DNA of 62,076 nt, filler included, from Candidatus Rokuibacteriota bacterium (GTDB lineage Bacteria; JAUVQV01; DATDCY01), in the NCBI GenBank assembly GCA_031406795.1. It is 5 parts of 5 records of this genome, joined end to end, with 100 filler letters (N's around TTAATTAATTAA, not from the genome) between each part and the next. Parts side by side here need not be neighbours in the genome. Positions count along the whole stretch, not along the records: positions 1 to 30,389 come from JANOHV010000206.1; 4 more parts are not named here. The stretch is one strand, 5' to 3'. Position 1 is the stretch's first letter; each line of letters starts with the position of its first letter. The translations under genes were made by a program, and so were the position numbers. The notes under the pieces were generated by a model. The model worked only from the letters and a program-made list of their open reading frames with translations, did no database searches and was not told the DNA's origin. Positions 1 to 8,189 of the stretch are shown piece after piece.

Positions 1-661
1 GCATGCCGCGGTCGAGAAAGAGGTTGACCAGCGTGCGGTGCAGGATGGTCGCGCCGACCTGGCTCTTGATGTCGTCGCCGATCAGCGGCAGCCCGGCGCT
101 CTTGAAGCGGTTGCTCCAGTAGCTGGTCTGCTTCCAGGCGCCGGCCTCGTCCTGGACCCAGCCCGAGGCGATGAAGACCGGGATGCAGTTGATGAAGCCG
201 CAGCCGCCCTCGAGGGCCTGCTCGACGTACCACTTGGTGGCCATTTCGCTGCCGACGGGCAGGAAGTTGACCACGACGTCGGTCCTGGTCTCGCGCAGAA
301 GCCGGGCGATGTCGGCGGTGGGGCCGGGGGCCTTGTGGATGACGGAGGAGAGGTAGGTGCCGATGCCGTCGTGGGTCATGCCGCGCACGACGGTGACGCC
401 CTGGTGGGGCACGTGCGCGAAGGTTGTGGTGCAGTTGGGGGGCGCGAGGATCGCCTGGGAGAGGTCCTTGCCGACCTTGTCGCGGTTGATGTCGATCGCG
501 ACGGTGAACTCGATGTCGCTGATGCGGTAGCCGCCGAGCACGGGGTGCATCAGCCCGGGGATGAACTGGTCGTGCGCGGTCTTGCGGTAGTACTCGATGC
601 CCTGCACGAGCGAGGAGGCGCAGTTGCCCACGCCGACGATGCCTACGCGAATCTTGCCCAT
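1..661 (-). CDS. ino1: myo-inositol-1-phosphate synthase (5' part; runs off window start)
   Basis: Minus-strand translation MGKIRVGIVGVGNCASSLVQGIEYY...FLPVGSEMATKWY...GDDIKSQVGATILHR, typical INO1 motifs; AGGAGG RBS upstream of the ATG at 661; not in the supplied ORF list because it is open-ended. Confidence 0.92.
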   Translation of the reverse strand, partial: MGKIRVGIVGVGNCASSLVQGIEYYRKTAHDQFIPGLMHPVLGGYRISDIEFTVAIDINRDKVGKDLSQAILAPPNCTTTFAHVPHQGVTVVRGMTHDGIGTYLSSVIHKAPGPTADIARLLRETRTDVVVNFLPVGSEMATKWYVEQALEGGCGFINCIPVFIASGWVQDEAGAWKQTSYWSNRFKSAGLPLIGDDIKSQVGATILHRTLVNLFLDRGM

Positions 662-763
662 GGGATTAATGCCTCCTTGAAGTCCGCCGATGGTGAGTTG
701 AGATGCGGATTGTACCAGAAGCCCTCGCTTTCTGACAAACGGCCGAAAAACAACGGTCGAAAA

Positions 764-794
764 ACGAAAAGGGACGCTTTCGCGCCCCTCTTCC
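764..794 (-). terminator. Rho-independent terminator downstream of first ice-binding gene
   Basis: GC-rich imperfect hairpin ACGAAAAGGGACGC-TTTC-GCGCCCCTCTTCC followed by T-runs on the minus strand; paralogous to 2724-2755. Confidence 0.65.
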
Positions 795-822
795 TGCAGC
801 GGAAGCAGAACAATGGTGACGA

Positions 823-2052
823 CTACGCTTTGCGCCTCCGCAACGCTTCGAAGCCAGTCAACGACAGAAGAGCCAGCAGCGTGATCAGCGCCCATCCGGG
901 AAGCGTGGGAACAGGGATGACTCCCGGAGGAAGGGCCGGGTTGATGGTCAAGATCGCGCTGGCAGGCGCAGGGTTGTTGCCGTTGGTGGTTTGCAAAGCG
1001 CCGGCGGCGATCGTGTTGGTGTAGGTGCCCGCGACCGTACCGGTTACATCCACTGACATCGCACAGGAGCCGCTGCCCGGGATCGAACGCGTCGCCGGCA
1101 ATGTCACGGTGGAACCGCCGGGGTTGGCGACGACCGCCCCGCTGCCGAGACAGGTGGTGCTGGCGTTGGGGGTGGGCGCGATCACCAGGCCGCTCGGCAG
1201 GGTGTCGGGGAACGCAGCGGTGATGGCGGCGGCAACGGCGTTGGGGTTCGTCAGGGTAACGACGAGCCTCGAGACCCCGCCCACACCGATTTCAGTCGGG
1301 GCAAAGCTCTTGAGGATCGCGGGCGGGATGAGAACCGGCGGCACGGCGCAGGCAGGAGGCACCGTGACCGTGTCCGCATTGACCGTGACTGTCCCGCCAA
1401 AAGCCAGGGCTCTCCCCGTCAATGTTGCGGCACCGCCTATCGTGATACCCGCGGCGTCCAGGATATTTCCCGTGAACGTCGAGGATGCCCCAAGCGTCGT
1501 GGCGGCGATGGGAGTCCAGAACACATTGTCGGCGCAGGCGCCAGCCAGGACGACCCGGGAATTGGCCCCGGTAGTCAGCGCGCCGCCCGGCCTGAAGACG
1601 TAAACGCCATCGCCGCTGAGCGTCACCACACCGTTTGCGACGATATCCATGGCGCCGGTGCTGGAATAACAGCCGGGAGGAAAAGTCCCCGGCGGATTGG
1701 CCCCGACCGTTACCCCGCTCAGCTCAACCGCAGTGCCGAGAGAGACGCAGGCTTGACTGTTCAGATTCGCCAGGGCGGAGCCTTGATCCAGCCCTACGGC
1801 AGGAGGACAAGGAACAGTAACCACGCCACCACCGATGAGCAGCGGTGCGAACGTCCCGGGTCCGGTAGTAAAACAGACATCCCCGCCGTTCACGGTGGTT
1901 GCCGCCCCGTTGCCGGTATAGGTGCTGGAAGTGACGCCATAGGCGCCGGTCGTTCCCAGAGGGGGCGCTGTCGCCGCCAGCGCAAGGCAGGGCCCACCGA
2001 GCAGCACCGCCAACCCAACACTCGCCAGAGTACTCAGGCACTCGCTCTTCAT
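823..2052 (-). CDS. DUF3494 ice-binding-like protein with additional DUF11-like beta-sandwich domain and IPTL-CTERM-type sorting signal
   Basis: Signal peptide MKSECLSTLASVGLAVLLGGPCLALA; DUF3494-type motifs (FPPGCYS, GDGVYVF, NVFW, ATTLGASSTFTGNIL, LTGRALA); KSFAPTEI..FPDTLPSGL domain; C-terminus VPTLPGWALITLLALLSLTGFEALRRRKA. Confidence 0.85.
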   Translation of the reverse strand: MKSECLSTLASVGLAVLLGGPCLALAATAPPLGTTGAYGVTSSTYTGNGAATTVNGGDVCFTTGPGTFAPLLIGGGVVTVPCPPAVGLDQGSALANLNSQACVSLGTAVELSGVTVGANPPGTFPPGCYSSTGAMDIVANGVVTLSGDGVYVFRPGGALTTGANSRVVLAGACADNVFWTPIAATTLGASSTFTGNILDAAGITIGGAATLTGRALAFGGTVTVNADTVTVPPACAVPPVLIPPAILKSFAPTEIGVGGVSRLVVTLTNPNAVAAAITAAFPDTLPSGLVIAPTPNASTTCLGSGAVVANPGGSTVTLPATRSIPGSGSCAMSVDVTGTVAGTYTNTIAAGALQTTNGNNPAPASAILTINPALPPGVIPVPTLPGWALITLLALLSLTGFEALRRRKA

Positions 2053-2194
2053 GATCAACCCCCCTCGCTTAGGATGACTCCGGCTTCGCCGGATTTCAAA
2101 ATCAGGCACTGCGTCTTCTTGCAGCATCAAAGGTATTACCTCCTCGCCGATCAGCTTCAGCTGCTGCGCACACTTTCCCTCTCGGGGATCTCTA

Positions 2195-2210
2195 TGCATC
2201 AAATGTGCCG
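2195..2210 (-). promoter_or_regulatory. putative sigma54 (-24/-12) promoter of the first ice-binding gene
   Basis: Minus strand CGGCACATTTGATGCA = GG-N10-GC, about 140 nt upstream of the ATG. Confidence 0.5.
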
Positions 2211-2478
2211 TCCTTGGCTCTTATTTCGGCTGCAAAGCTCAAGTGACAGGAAAGATATACTATTTCGTCTGCGTATCGGCAATGTGACTGCCTGACGACC
2301 ATCACTGCCAAAGGGCGGATTTATGAAACAACTCGCCCACGTCGCCCCCCGAGTATCTCAGGTCCTGTTTCATCAATCAACAGGAATTTCGCGAAACCCT
2401 GCTGTCTCGTAATCCTGTTTTGGGCGTTTTGACACTTTGAGACATGATCGTGCTTGTCACCTGATCACGAGCACCCCA

Positions 2479-2678
2479 GATCCGCGCGTACGCGTGGATC
2501 CAAAGGCAGAGGAGGCATTTCAACCACTGAATAAGCCGGTTTTCGTGCATGAAGCACGGTGTGACAGAGGTCAAGCATCGTTTGAAGAAGGCATTGCGAT
2601 CAGAAATGAGCAACGACTCGGATAAATCCGGACCACGTGACAAGCCTGACGCTCCTGATCCGCGCGTTACGCGCGGAT
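2479..2678. repeat. ~200-bp palindrome-bounded intergenic element, copy 1
   Basis: GATCCGCGCGTACGCGTGGATC (2479-2500) and GATCCGCGCGTTACGCGCGGAT (2657-2678); the interior aligns with copy 2 at 26055-26256. Confidence 0.85.
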
Positions 2679-2723
2679 TTTGGTGCACGGGAAGAGCGTT
2701 CCTCGGCGGGACCTCGGCGAGAA

Positions 2724-2755
2724 ACGAAAAGGGGCGCTTTCGCGCCCCTTTTCGT
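2724..2755 (-). terminator. Rho-independent terminator downstream of second ice-binding gene
   Basis: Perfect hairpin ACGAAAAGGGGCGC-TTTC-GCGCCCCTTTTCGT. Confidence 0.8.
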
Positions 2756-2782
2756 GCTGCAGAATCAGAACAGCGGCGACGA

Positions 2783-3634
2783 CTACACCCGGCGCCTCCG
2801 CAATGCTTCGAAGCCGGCCAGACTCAGAAGAGCCATCAGAGTGATGATCGCCCACTCGGGAAGCGTGGGAACGGGGGTGGGGCCGGGGGTGGGGCCCGGG
2901 ACCGGCACCGGCGCTGGTGCCGCCGTCGCCCCGCAGAAGGCGGCCTCGATAGTGTTGGTATCAAGTGTCACCGCGCCATTCCGCGCCAGAGTTCGACCGG
3001 TCACCGTGGCGCCGGTGTTCAGCGTGATGCTCGTCAGCGCAACGATATTCCCCAGGAATGACGTGGTTGTACCGAGGGTCGCCGAACTGCCCACCTGCCA
3101 GAAGACGTTGCACGGCGATCCGCCGTTGCTCATGACGACACTCGAGCCGCTCGCCGTGGTGAGCGTGCTCCCGATCTGAAAGACCCAGACCGCGTTGGGA
3201 TTGCCTCCGGCGTTGAGCGTGAGGGCTCCGGTCAACTGCGCCGACGTGGAAAAAGAGTAGACACCGGGCGTCAGCGTCAACACCGTGCCGCCAGTGCCCA
3301 ACACCTGACCCGTCAGGTCCGCGGTGACTGGCTGGCCCGCCAGATTGGTGTACAGCGTGGTCGTGGAATTCTGGGCCGCAAGCGCGACGCCGTCGGCAGC
3401 GTTTGTCGTGCCGAACACGAGCCCCGGAGGAAAGCCCGTTATCGAACTGGCCGCGCCGGGACTGAGGCCCAGAGCGCCCCTGATCACGCTCGGTCCGGTG
3501 TTGGTCACCGTCGTGGCGCCCAAGACCGCAAAACTCTGCGCCGATCCCAGCGACTGCGCCAGCGCGAGGGAGGGGCCGAGGAGAAGCACAGCGAATCCGA
3601 CAGCCGTCAGGACACTGAAGCGCGCGTGTTTCAT
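2783..3634 (-). CDS. DUF3494 ice-binding-like protein with IPTL-CTERM-type sorting signal
   Basis: Signal peptide; LGSAQSFAVLGATTVTNTG, ITGFPPG, TLTPGVY, VFQIGSTLTTA, NVFWQVGSSATLG, GRTLARNGAVTLDTNTI are classic DUF3494; Pro-rich linker; tail VPTLPEWAIITLMALLSLAGFEALRRRRV; AAAGGAG RBS. Confidence 0.92.
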   Translation of the reverse strand: MKHARFSVLTAVGFAVLLLGPSLALAQSLGSAQSFAVLGATTVTNTGPSVIRGALGLSPGAASSITGFPPGLVFGTTNAADGVALAAQNSTTTLYTNLAGQPVTADLTGQVLGTGGTVLTLTPGVYSFSTSAQLTGALTLNAGGNPNAVWVFQIGSTLTTASGSSVVMSNGGSPCNVFWQVGSSATLGTTTSFLGNIVALTSITLNTGATVTGRTLARNGAVTLDTNTIEAAFCGATAAPAPVPVPGPTPGPTPVPTLPEWAIITLMALLSLAGFEALRRRRV

Positions 3635-3841
3635 TGTTAAACTCCTTTCGGCAGAGTTACTGTTTATACTCTTGTGTTGATTTGATTATTTTGAGCTTCA
3701 TATTCTGCCGATCAAATCTATATCATCCCGATCCGGGGTTTGCAAGCGCAAACCAGCGCCGTTCCGGCGATATTGATGGAGGGCAATTTGCCGCAGATGC
3801 GCAGTTGACTTCATGGCGTCCATCCCATAAAATCGTTCGCA

Positions 3842-4219
3842 GTGACTCACGCGCAGCCAGTGCTCTATTCGGTTGATTTCAGTGATTGCGGGGCCCTCGC
3901 CGCGCAGAAGCCGGAGGAGATTGCCGCCACATTCGTTGCCGCGCTGGAGCGTGCGGGCGCGACAATCGTTCACGCGGTCTCCCACGCCTTCCCCGGAGCG
4001 GGCATGACCTGCGCCCTCATCCTGCGCGAATCGCACGCTGTCCTGCATACCTGGCCGGAGACGGGCACGGTAAACATCGATATTTTTTCCTGCTCGATCA
4101 GGCTGAACAGCCAGGAAGCCATCGACGAGTTGAGCCGGGCGTTCGGCGCGCGCCACGTCTCGGTCCAGCAGATAGCCCGTGCCGACGGACATCTCCCCCG
4201 GCCGGACCCGCGCCGCTGA
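3842..4219 (+). CDS. speD: S-adenosylmethionine decarboxylase family (pyruvoyl) proenzyme
   Basis: LILRESHAVLHTWPE self-cleavage motif (E-SH) and DIFSC; 125 aa, class 1B size. Confidence 0.85.
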   Translation: MTHAQPVLYSVDFSDCGALAAQKPEEIAATFVAALERAGATIVHAVSHAFPGAGMTCALILRESHAVLHTWPETGTVNIDIFSCSIRLNSQEAIDELSRAFGARHVSVQQIARADGHLPRPDPRR

Positions 4220-5636
4220 GTTCGTGCTCCGGGCCGCGGCCTGGAGCATCGGCATCTTCGGGCTGCTGCGGCTGGACTGGGTCGAGCAGCATGGCCTTCT
4301 GCCGCTGACGCAGTTGCAGGGGTGCGTGGCGGCCGGGCTCTGCGGCACGCCCGCGGGACCCATCACGGCAACGCTGGCGTGCAGCGGCGCCGACGTTCTG
4401 GCGATTTGTCTCGGCGCGATCCTGGCCTACCCGGTGCGGTGGCGCACGCGCCTCGTTGGTGCCGCTTCCGGCGTGGCGGTCATCCTCGCCCTCAACACGC
4501 TGCGCATCGGCACGCTCGGCCGCCTCGCCGCCTCGCCGTCGCTGTTCAACGCCTTCCACGTCTACGTCTGGCCGGCGGCGCTCCTGCTCGCCGTCGGCGG
4601 CTACGTCTTCGCCTGGATGCGCTTCGCGGACCGGCGGCAGCCGCCCGTGAGCCGGTCCATCCCCACGTTCGCAACCGCCACCCCGCCCGCCGAGTACGCG
4701 ATTTTCCGGCCCACGCGCCGCTTCGCGCTTCTCGCGGCGGCCTTGCTGCTGATCTTCACCGCTGCCGCCCCGCTCTACCTCCAGAGCACCCATCTTCTGA
4801 GCGTGGCCGCGTTCATCGCGCGCGCTGCCGCTGCGGCGCTTCGCCTGCTGGGCATCGAGGCCGTGGCAACGGCAAACCAGCTCTGGACCTCCCGGGGCAG
4901 CTTCCTGGTCACCCAGGAGTGCATCTCCACGCCGTTGATTCCGATCTACCTGGCGGCGGTCCTCGCCTTTGGGGGATCGTGGCGCGCCCGACTCCCGGCC
5001 CTGTTGGCTGCGGTGCCGCTTTTCGTCGGGCTCGGCATCGCGCGACTCCTGGTGGTGGCCCTCCCGGTGTCCCTCGCGGCCTCGCCGGTCTATTTGATTC
5101 ACGCCTACTTCCAGATCCTGCTGGCCGTGGTTGTTGTCTTTCTCGCCGCACTCTGGCGCCGCCCGGACCGGGGGACGGCGACGTGTCGGGCTCTCCTTGG
5201 CGTGGGGTCGGGCATTGCCTTCGTTCTGCTGCTGGGCGGCCCCCACACCCGCTTGATCCAGCACGCCGCCCGGGTCCTGGGCGGTGCCGGGATCGCCGGC
5301 ATCGTGGGCCCGCCGCCTGACGACCCGCAAGGAGCCATCGCGCTGCTGCCCGCCTTCCAGGTCGGACTCTACCTGGCGCTGGTCGTTGCAGCCGGCGCAG
5401 CGTTCGCCTGGAGGAGATTCGTCGCCGGCCTCGCGCTGCTCGGCCTCTCCCAGCTGGCGACCCTGATGGTTCTTTCGCTTCTTGCCGGCCGCGTCGGCAC
5501 TTCACTTCAGGTGCAGGGCGTCCGCGCCTGGGCCGTGGCCGCGCCGCTGCTCGTCCTGGCCGCCCTGCACCTCTTGCGGCCGCCGGGCGGGCTCGCGCAG
5601 TCGAGACCTCCCGGGAATGGCGGCGTCCGTGGTTGA
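4179..5636 (+). CDS. exosortase/archaeosortase family protein with two tandem catalytic domains (XrtH-like)
   Basis: Multi-TM protein; triad 1 C68 (TLACSG), R109 (LNTLRI), H127 (FHVYVW); triad 2 C248 (TQECIS), R289 (GIARL), H308 (IHAYFQ); adjacent to IPTL-CTERM-type targets. Confidence 0.8.
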   Translation: MPTDISPGRTRAAEFVLRAAAWSIGIFGLLRLDWVEQHGLLPLTQLQGCVAAGLCGTPAGPITATLACSGADVLAICLGAILAYPVRWRTRLVGAASGVAVILALNTLRIGTLGRLAASPSLFNAFHVYVWPAALLLAVGGYVFAWMRFADRRQPPVSRSIPTFATATPPAEYAIFRPTRRFALLAAALLLIFTAAAPLYLQSTHLLSVAAFIARAAAAALRLLGIEAVATANQLWTSRGSFLVTQECISTPLIPIYLAAVLAFGGSWRARLPALLAAVPLFVGLGIARLLVVALPVSLAASPVYLIHAYFQILLAVVVVFLAALWRRPDRGTATCRALLGVGSGIAFVLLLGGPHTRLIQHAARVLGGAGIAGIVGPPPDDPQGAIALLPAFQVGLYLALVVAAGAAFAWRRFVAGLALLGLSQLATLMVLSLLAGRVGTSLQVQGVRAWAVAAPLLVLAALHLLRPPGGLAQSRPPGNGGVRG

Positions 5637-7293
5637 AGCCCCCCTTTCGCCGGAGGCGGGCCGGTTGCCGTCACCGCTGACCCCGGTGCGCACGGAAGTG
5701 TGCTGGCGGGGGGCTGCGGCGGTCGCGGCGGCCGCTCTGGTGTTCACCGCGGTCATCGCCGCCCCCGTCCTTCTCGCGCCCTCCGAGCGCGTCTTCGGCG
5801 CAGAGATCGTCGGGCGCAACCACGACCCGTTCACCGTGATGCTGCAGTACCTGCGCCCGATCTCCCTCGGCCTCTACACCCAGCCCGTCACCGACGTCGC
5901 CGGCGCGCTGCTCGCGCGGGTGATGAACCCGGTGACGGCATACAACCTCCTCACCCTGCTGAGCTTTCCCCTCTCCGCCGCGACCGCGTACCTCCTCGCC
6001 CGCCACCTCGCGCTCTCCCCTGCCGGAGCCGCCCTGGCGGCGCTGGCCTACGCGTTCTCCCCCTTTCATCTCGCCCACGCCGCCTACCACGTGCACATTG
6101 CCCAGACGCAGTGGCTCCCGCTCTACCTGCTCGCGCTCTTTCGCTGCCTCGACGACCCGACCCCGAAGGCGGTCGGGCTGCTCGCCGTCGCGACCGCTGG
6201 CGTTACCCTCTCGAACTTCTACGGGGGCTTGATCGCCGCCGTCATCACCCCGGTGGCCATCGCCGCCTACTGGCTGGGACGAGCCAATGCGGCCGGGCGA
6301 TCGACGCGCCGGTTGCTCGTCACGATCGGAAGCCTGCTGCTGATCGCCGGCGCCGGGATCGCTTACGTCTGGTCCGTGGCCCCGGGGGTCGTCGCCGACC
6401 CCGTGGCCGTCGCCTTCCGCCGCGCGGACCTCTTCCGGTACAGCGCGAAGTGGTGGGCGTTCTTCGTTCCGCCCCTCCAGCACCCGGTGCTCGGCGACAT
6501 CGCGCGGCGCTTCTGGCTCGACTCCGGCATCGGCGGCGGCATGCTCGAGCAGCAGGTGAGCCTCGGTTGGGGGATCATGGCGCTGGGTCTCGTCGCGGCC
6601 TCGCGGTGGTTGGCCCGGGATCGACGGACTGCGGCGCTCCGGAGCGTGCCGATTATCGCCGCACTCGCGGTCGCCGCGTTCGTGTGCTCGCTCTCCCCCG
6701 AGCGCAGGATCGGCCCGTTCACCATAGTCCGCCCCTCGGGCATTCTGTACGGTGTGGTCCCGATGTTCCGCGCGTATGCCCGCTTCGGTGTGGTGGTCCA
6801 GCTCATGGCGGCGCTGCTGGCGGGCATCGGCGCGGAGTGGCTGCTCCGCGCGGGGTCGCGACGGGGGAAGATCGCCTGCGCGGCGCTGCTGCTGCTCGCC
6901 GTCGGCGAGTACGCGGTCTGGCCGCCATCGCTCTGGCGGGACGTGCTGCCGACCGCCGCACACCGCTGGGTCGCCCGGCAGTCGGTCGGTCTGCGCGTCC
7001 TGGACTGCGCGCGGTCCACGACTGCGGAGAGTTCGGTGCCGTGGTTGACCGGACGGCAGCTGGTGCCGGCCGGCGGTCAGTTCGACGACTGCACGGCGCC
7101 GGATCTCCCCGGCCGGCTCGCGGCCGCCGGGTTCACGCATCTGCTCGTGCGTCGCGAGACCACGGCGGGGCGGTGGTTCGCGAGCCACCCTCCACCGGAC
7201 GGACTGAATCGCCTGGAGCATTTCAGCGACAGCGATGTCTTCGCGGTCGCGGCTGCGGCTGCGGCGCCCCCGGCCCCGGGAGGCCCGCCTTGA
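5617..7293 (+). CDS. multi-pass membrane protein, GT-C-like glycosyltransferase (YfhO/PMT-like)
   Basis: N-terminal loop Asp (RNHDPF), AYNLLTLLSFPLSAATAYLLARHL, AYAFSPFH, QWLPL and FRAYARF motifs typical of GT-C-type membrane proteins; start overlaps the exosortase 3' end. Confidence 0.6.
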   Translation: MAASVVEAPLSPEAGRLPSPLTPVRTEVCWRGAAAVAAAALVFTAVIAAPVLLAPSERVFGAEIVGRNHDPFTVMLQYLRPISLGLYTQPVTDVAGALLARVMNPVTAYNLLTLLSFPLSAATAYLLARHLALSPAGAALAALAYAFSPFHLAHAAYHVHIAQTQWLPLYLLALFRCLDDPTPKAVGLLAVATAGVTLSNFYGGLIAAVITPVAIAAYWLGRANAAGRSTRRLLVTIGSLLLIAGAGIAYVWSVAPGVVADPVAVAFRRADLFRYSAKWWAFFVPPLQHPVLGDIARRFWLDSGIGGGMLEQQVSLGWGIMALGLVAASRWLARDRRTAALRSVPIIAALAVAAFVCSLSPERRIGPFTIVRPSGILYGVVPMFRAYARFGVVVQLMAALLAGIGAEWLLRAGSRRGKIACAALLLLAVGEYAVWPPSLWRDVLPTAAHRWVARQSVGLRVLDCARSTTAESSVPWLTGRQLVPAGGQFDDCTAPDLPGRLAAAGFTHLLVRRETTAGRWFASHPPPDGLNRLEHFSDSDVFAVAAAAAAPPAPGGPP

Positions 7294-8108
7294 CGCGATC
7301 CGCCAGCCAGGACAACCGATCCGCAGCCCCACCCGGATCCGCGTACCGCCGCTTCTGGGAAGACCTGGGCGAGGACTTTCCGGACCTTGCCGGAGCCGCC
7401 TCCACCCGCTTCTATGCTCAGAATGAGCGCCGTCTGTTCGCCGAGCACTTCCCGCCGCTGGAGGGGCTGAAGATTCTCAAGAGCGATCTCTGGGACGAGG
7501 CGAGGAACACGCGCATTCTCGTCTGGGCGGCGGGGCAGGGCGCGCAGGCGTTCGGCGTCGACATCTCGCGGCCGATCGTCGTCCAGGCGCGCGCCGCATT
7601 CGACCGCGCACCGCTGCGTGCCGCGGTTGCCGACATCCGCGAATTGCCTTTCGCCGACGCGAGTTTCGACGCCGTCTACTCGATGGGGACCATCGAGCAC
7701 TTCCGCGACTCGGAGCGCGCGCTCAAGGAACTGGTTCGCGTGCTGCGGCCGGGCGGGTGCGCGATCGTCGGCGTCCCGAACCGTCACGACCCGTTCCTCC
7801 GGCCGCTGCTCAGCGCCGCCCTTCAGGCCCTGGGGCTCTACGCCTACGGCTATGAGAAGTCCTTCTCGCGCCGTTCGCTGAGAATGATGCTCGAGCGCTC
7901 CGGCCTGCGGGTGACCGCCGAGACCGCGATCCTGTTCCTGCCGGGCTGGCTGAGGATGCTCGACCTCGCGTGCCAGAGCTGGTGCCGGCCGCTCGCGCGG
8001 GTCACCGGCGCCCTCGTCCGGCCTTTCGCCCTCCTCGATCGCCATGTCCCGGCCGTCAGGAGGCATGGGTACCTGCTGGCTACCGTTGCGGTGAAGCCCG
8101 AGGCCTGA
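7290..8108 (+). CDS. class I SAM-dependent methyltransferase-fold protein with atypical motif I
   Basis: GVDIS, ADIRELPFADASFDAVYSMGTIEH, ELVRVLRPGG; TTG start overlaps the upstream TGA (TTGA), GGGAGG RBS; Gly-rich loop replaced by KILKSDLWDEA. Confidence 0.8.
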   Translation: MTRSASQDNRSAAPPGSAYRRFWEDLGEDFPDLAGAASTRFYAQNERRLFAEHFPPLEGLKILKSDLWDEARNTRILVWAAGQGAQAFGVDISRPIVVQARAAFDRAPLRAAVADIRELPFADASFDAVYSMGTIEHFRDSERALKELVRVLRPGGCAIVGVPNRHDPFLRPLLSAALQALGLYAYGYEKSFSRRSLRMMLERSGLRVTAETAILFLPGWLRMLDLACQSWCRPLARVTGALVRPFALLDRHVPAVRRHGYLLATVAVKPEA

Positions 8109-8189
8109 GAAAACTCGGCAGGGGCGCTTCAGGTCGTGCGATGCGACTCTTGTAACTTTCGCTCAAGTCTCTACAATCAAATTATCGCC

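Noticed and set aside
38-1024. 328-aa plus-strand ORF
   Set aside because: Antisense shadow of ino1 and the ice-binding gene; no recognisable motifs.
2053-2202. 50-aa N-terminal extension of the first ice-binding ORF (QQLKLIGEEVIP faintly resembles a luciferase-like monooxygenase C-terminus)
   Set aside because: It begins inside the putative sigma54 promoter, and the signal peptide starts at 2052; the similarity is too short to support.
2479-2678. Palindromic repeats considered as a CRISPR array or integron attC sites
   Set aside because: Only two palindromes per locus, a ~155-bp interior that is homologous between loci, no cas or integrase genes, and no RYYYAAC/GTTRRRY ends.
5700-7289. N-terminal 530 aa of the 802-aa ORF
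   Set aside because: Arg/Pro-rich off-frame read-through overlapping the membrane gene; the real MTase-fold gene starts near 7290.
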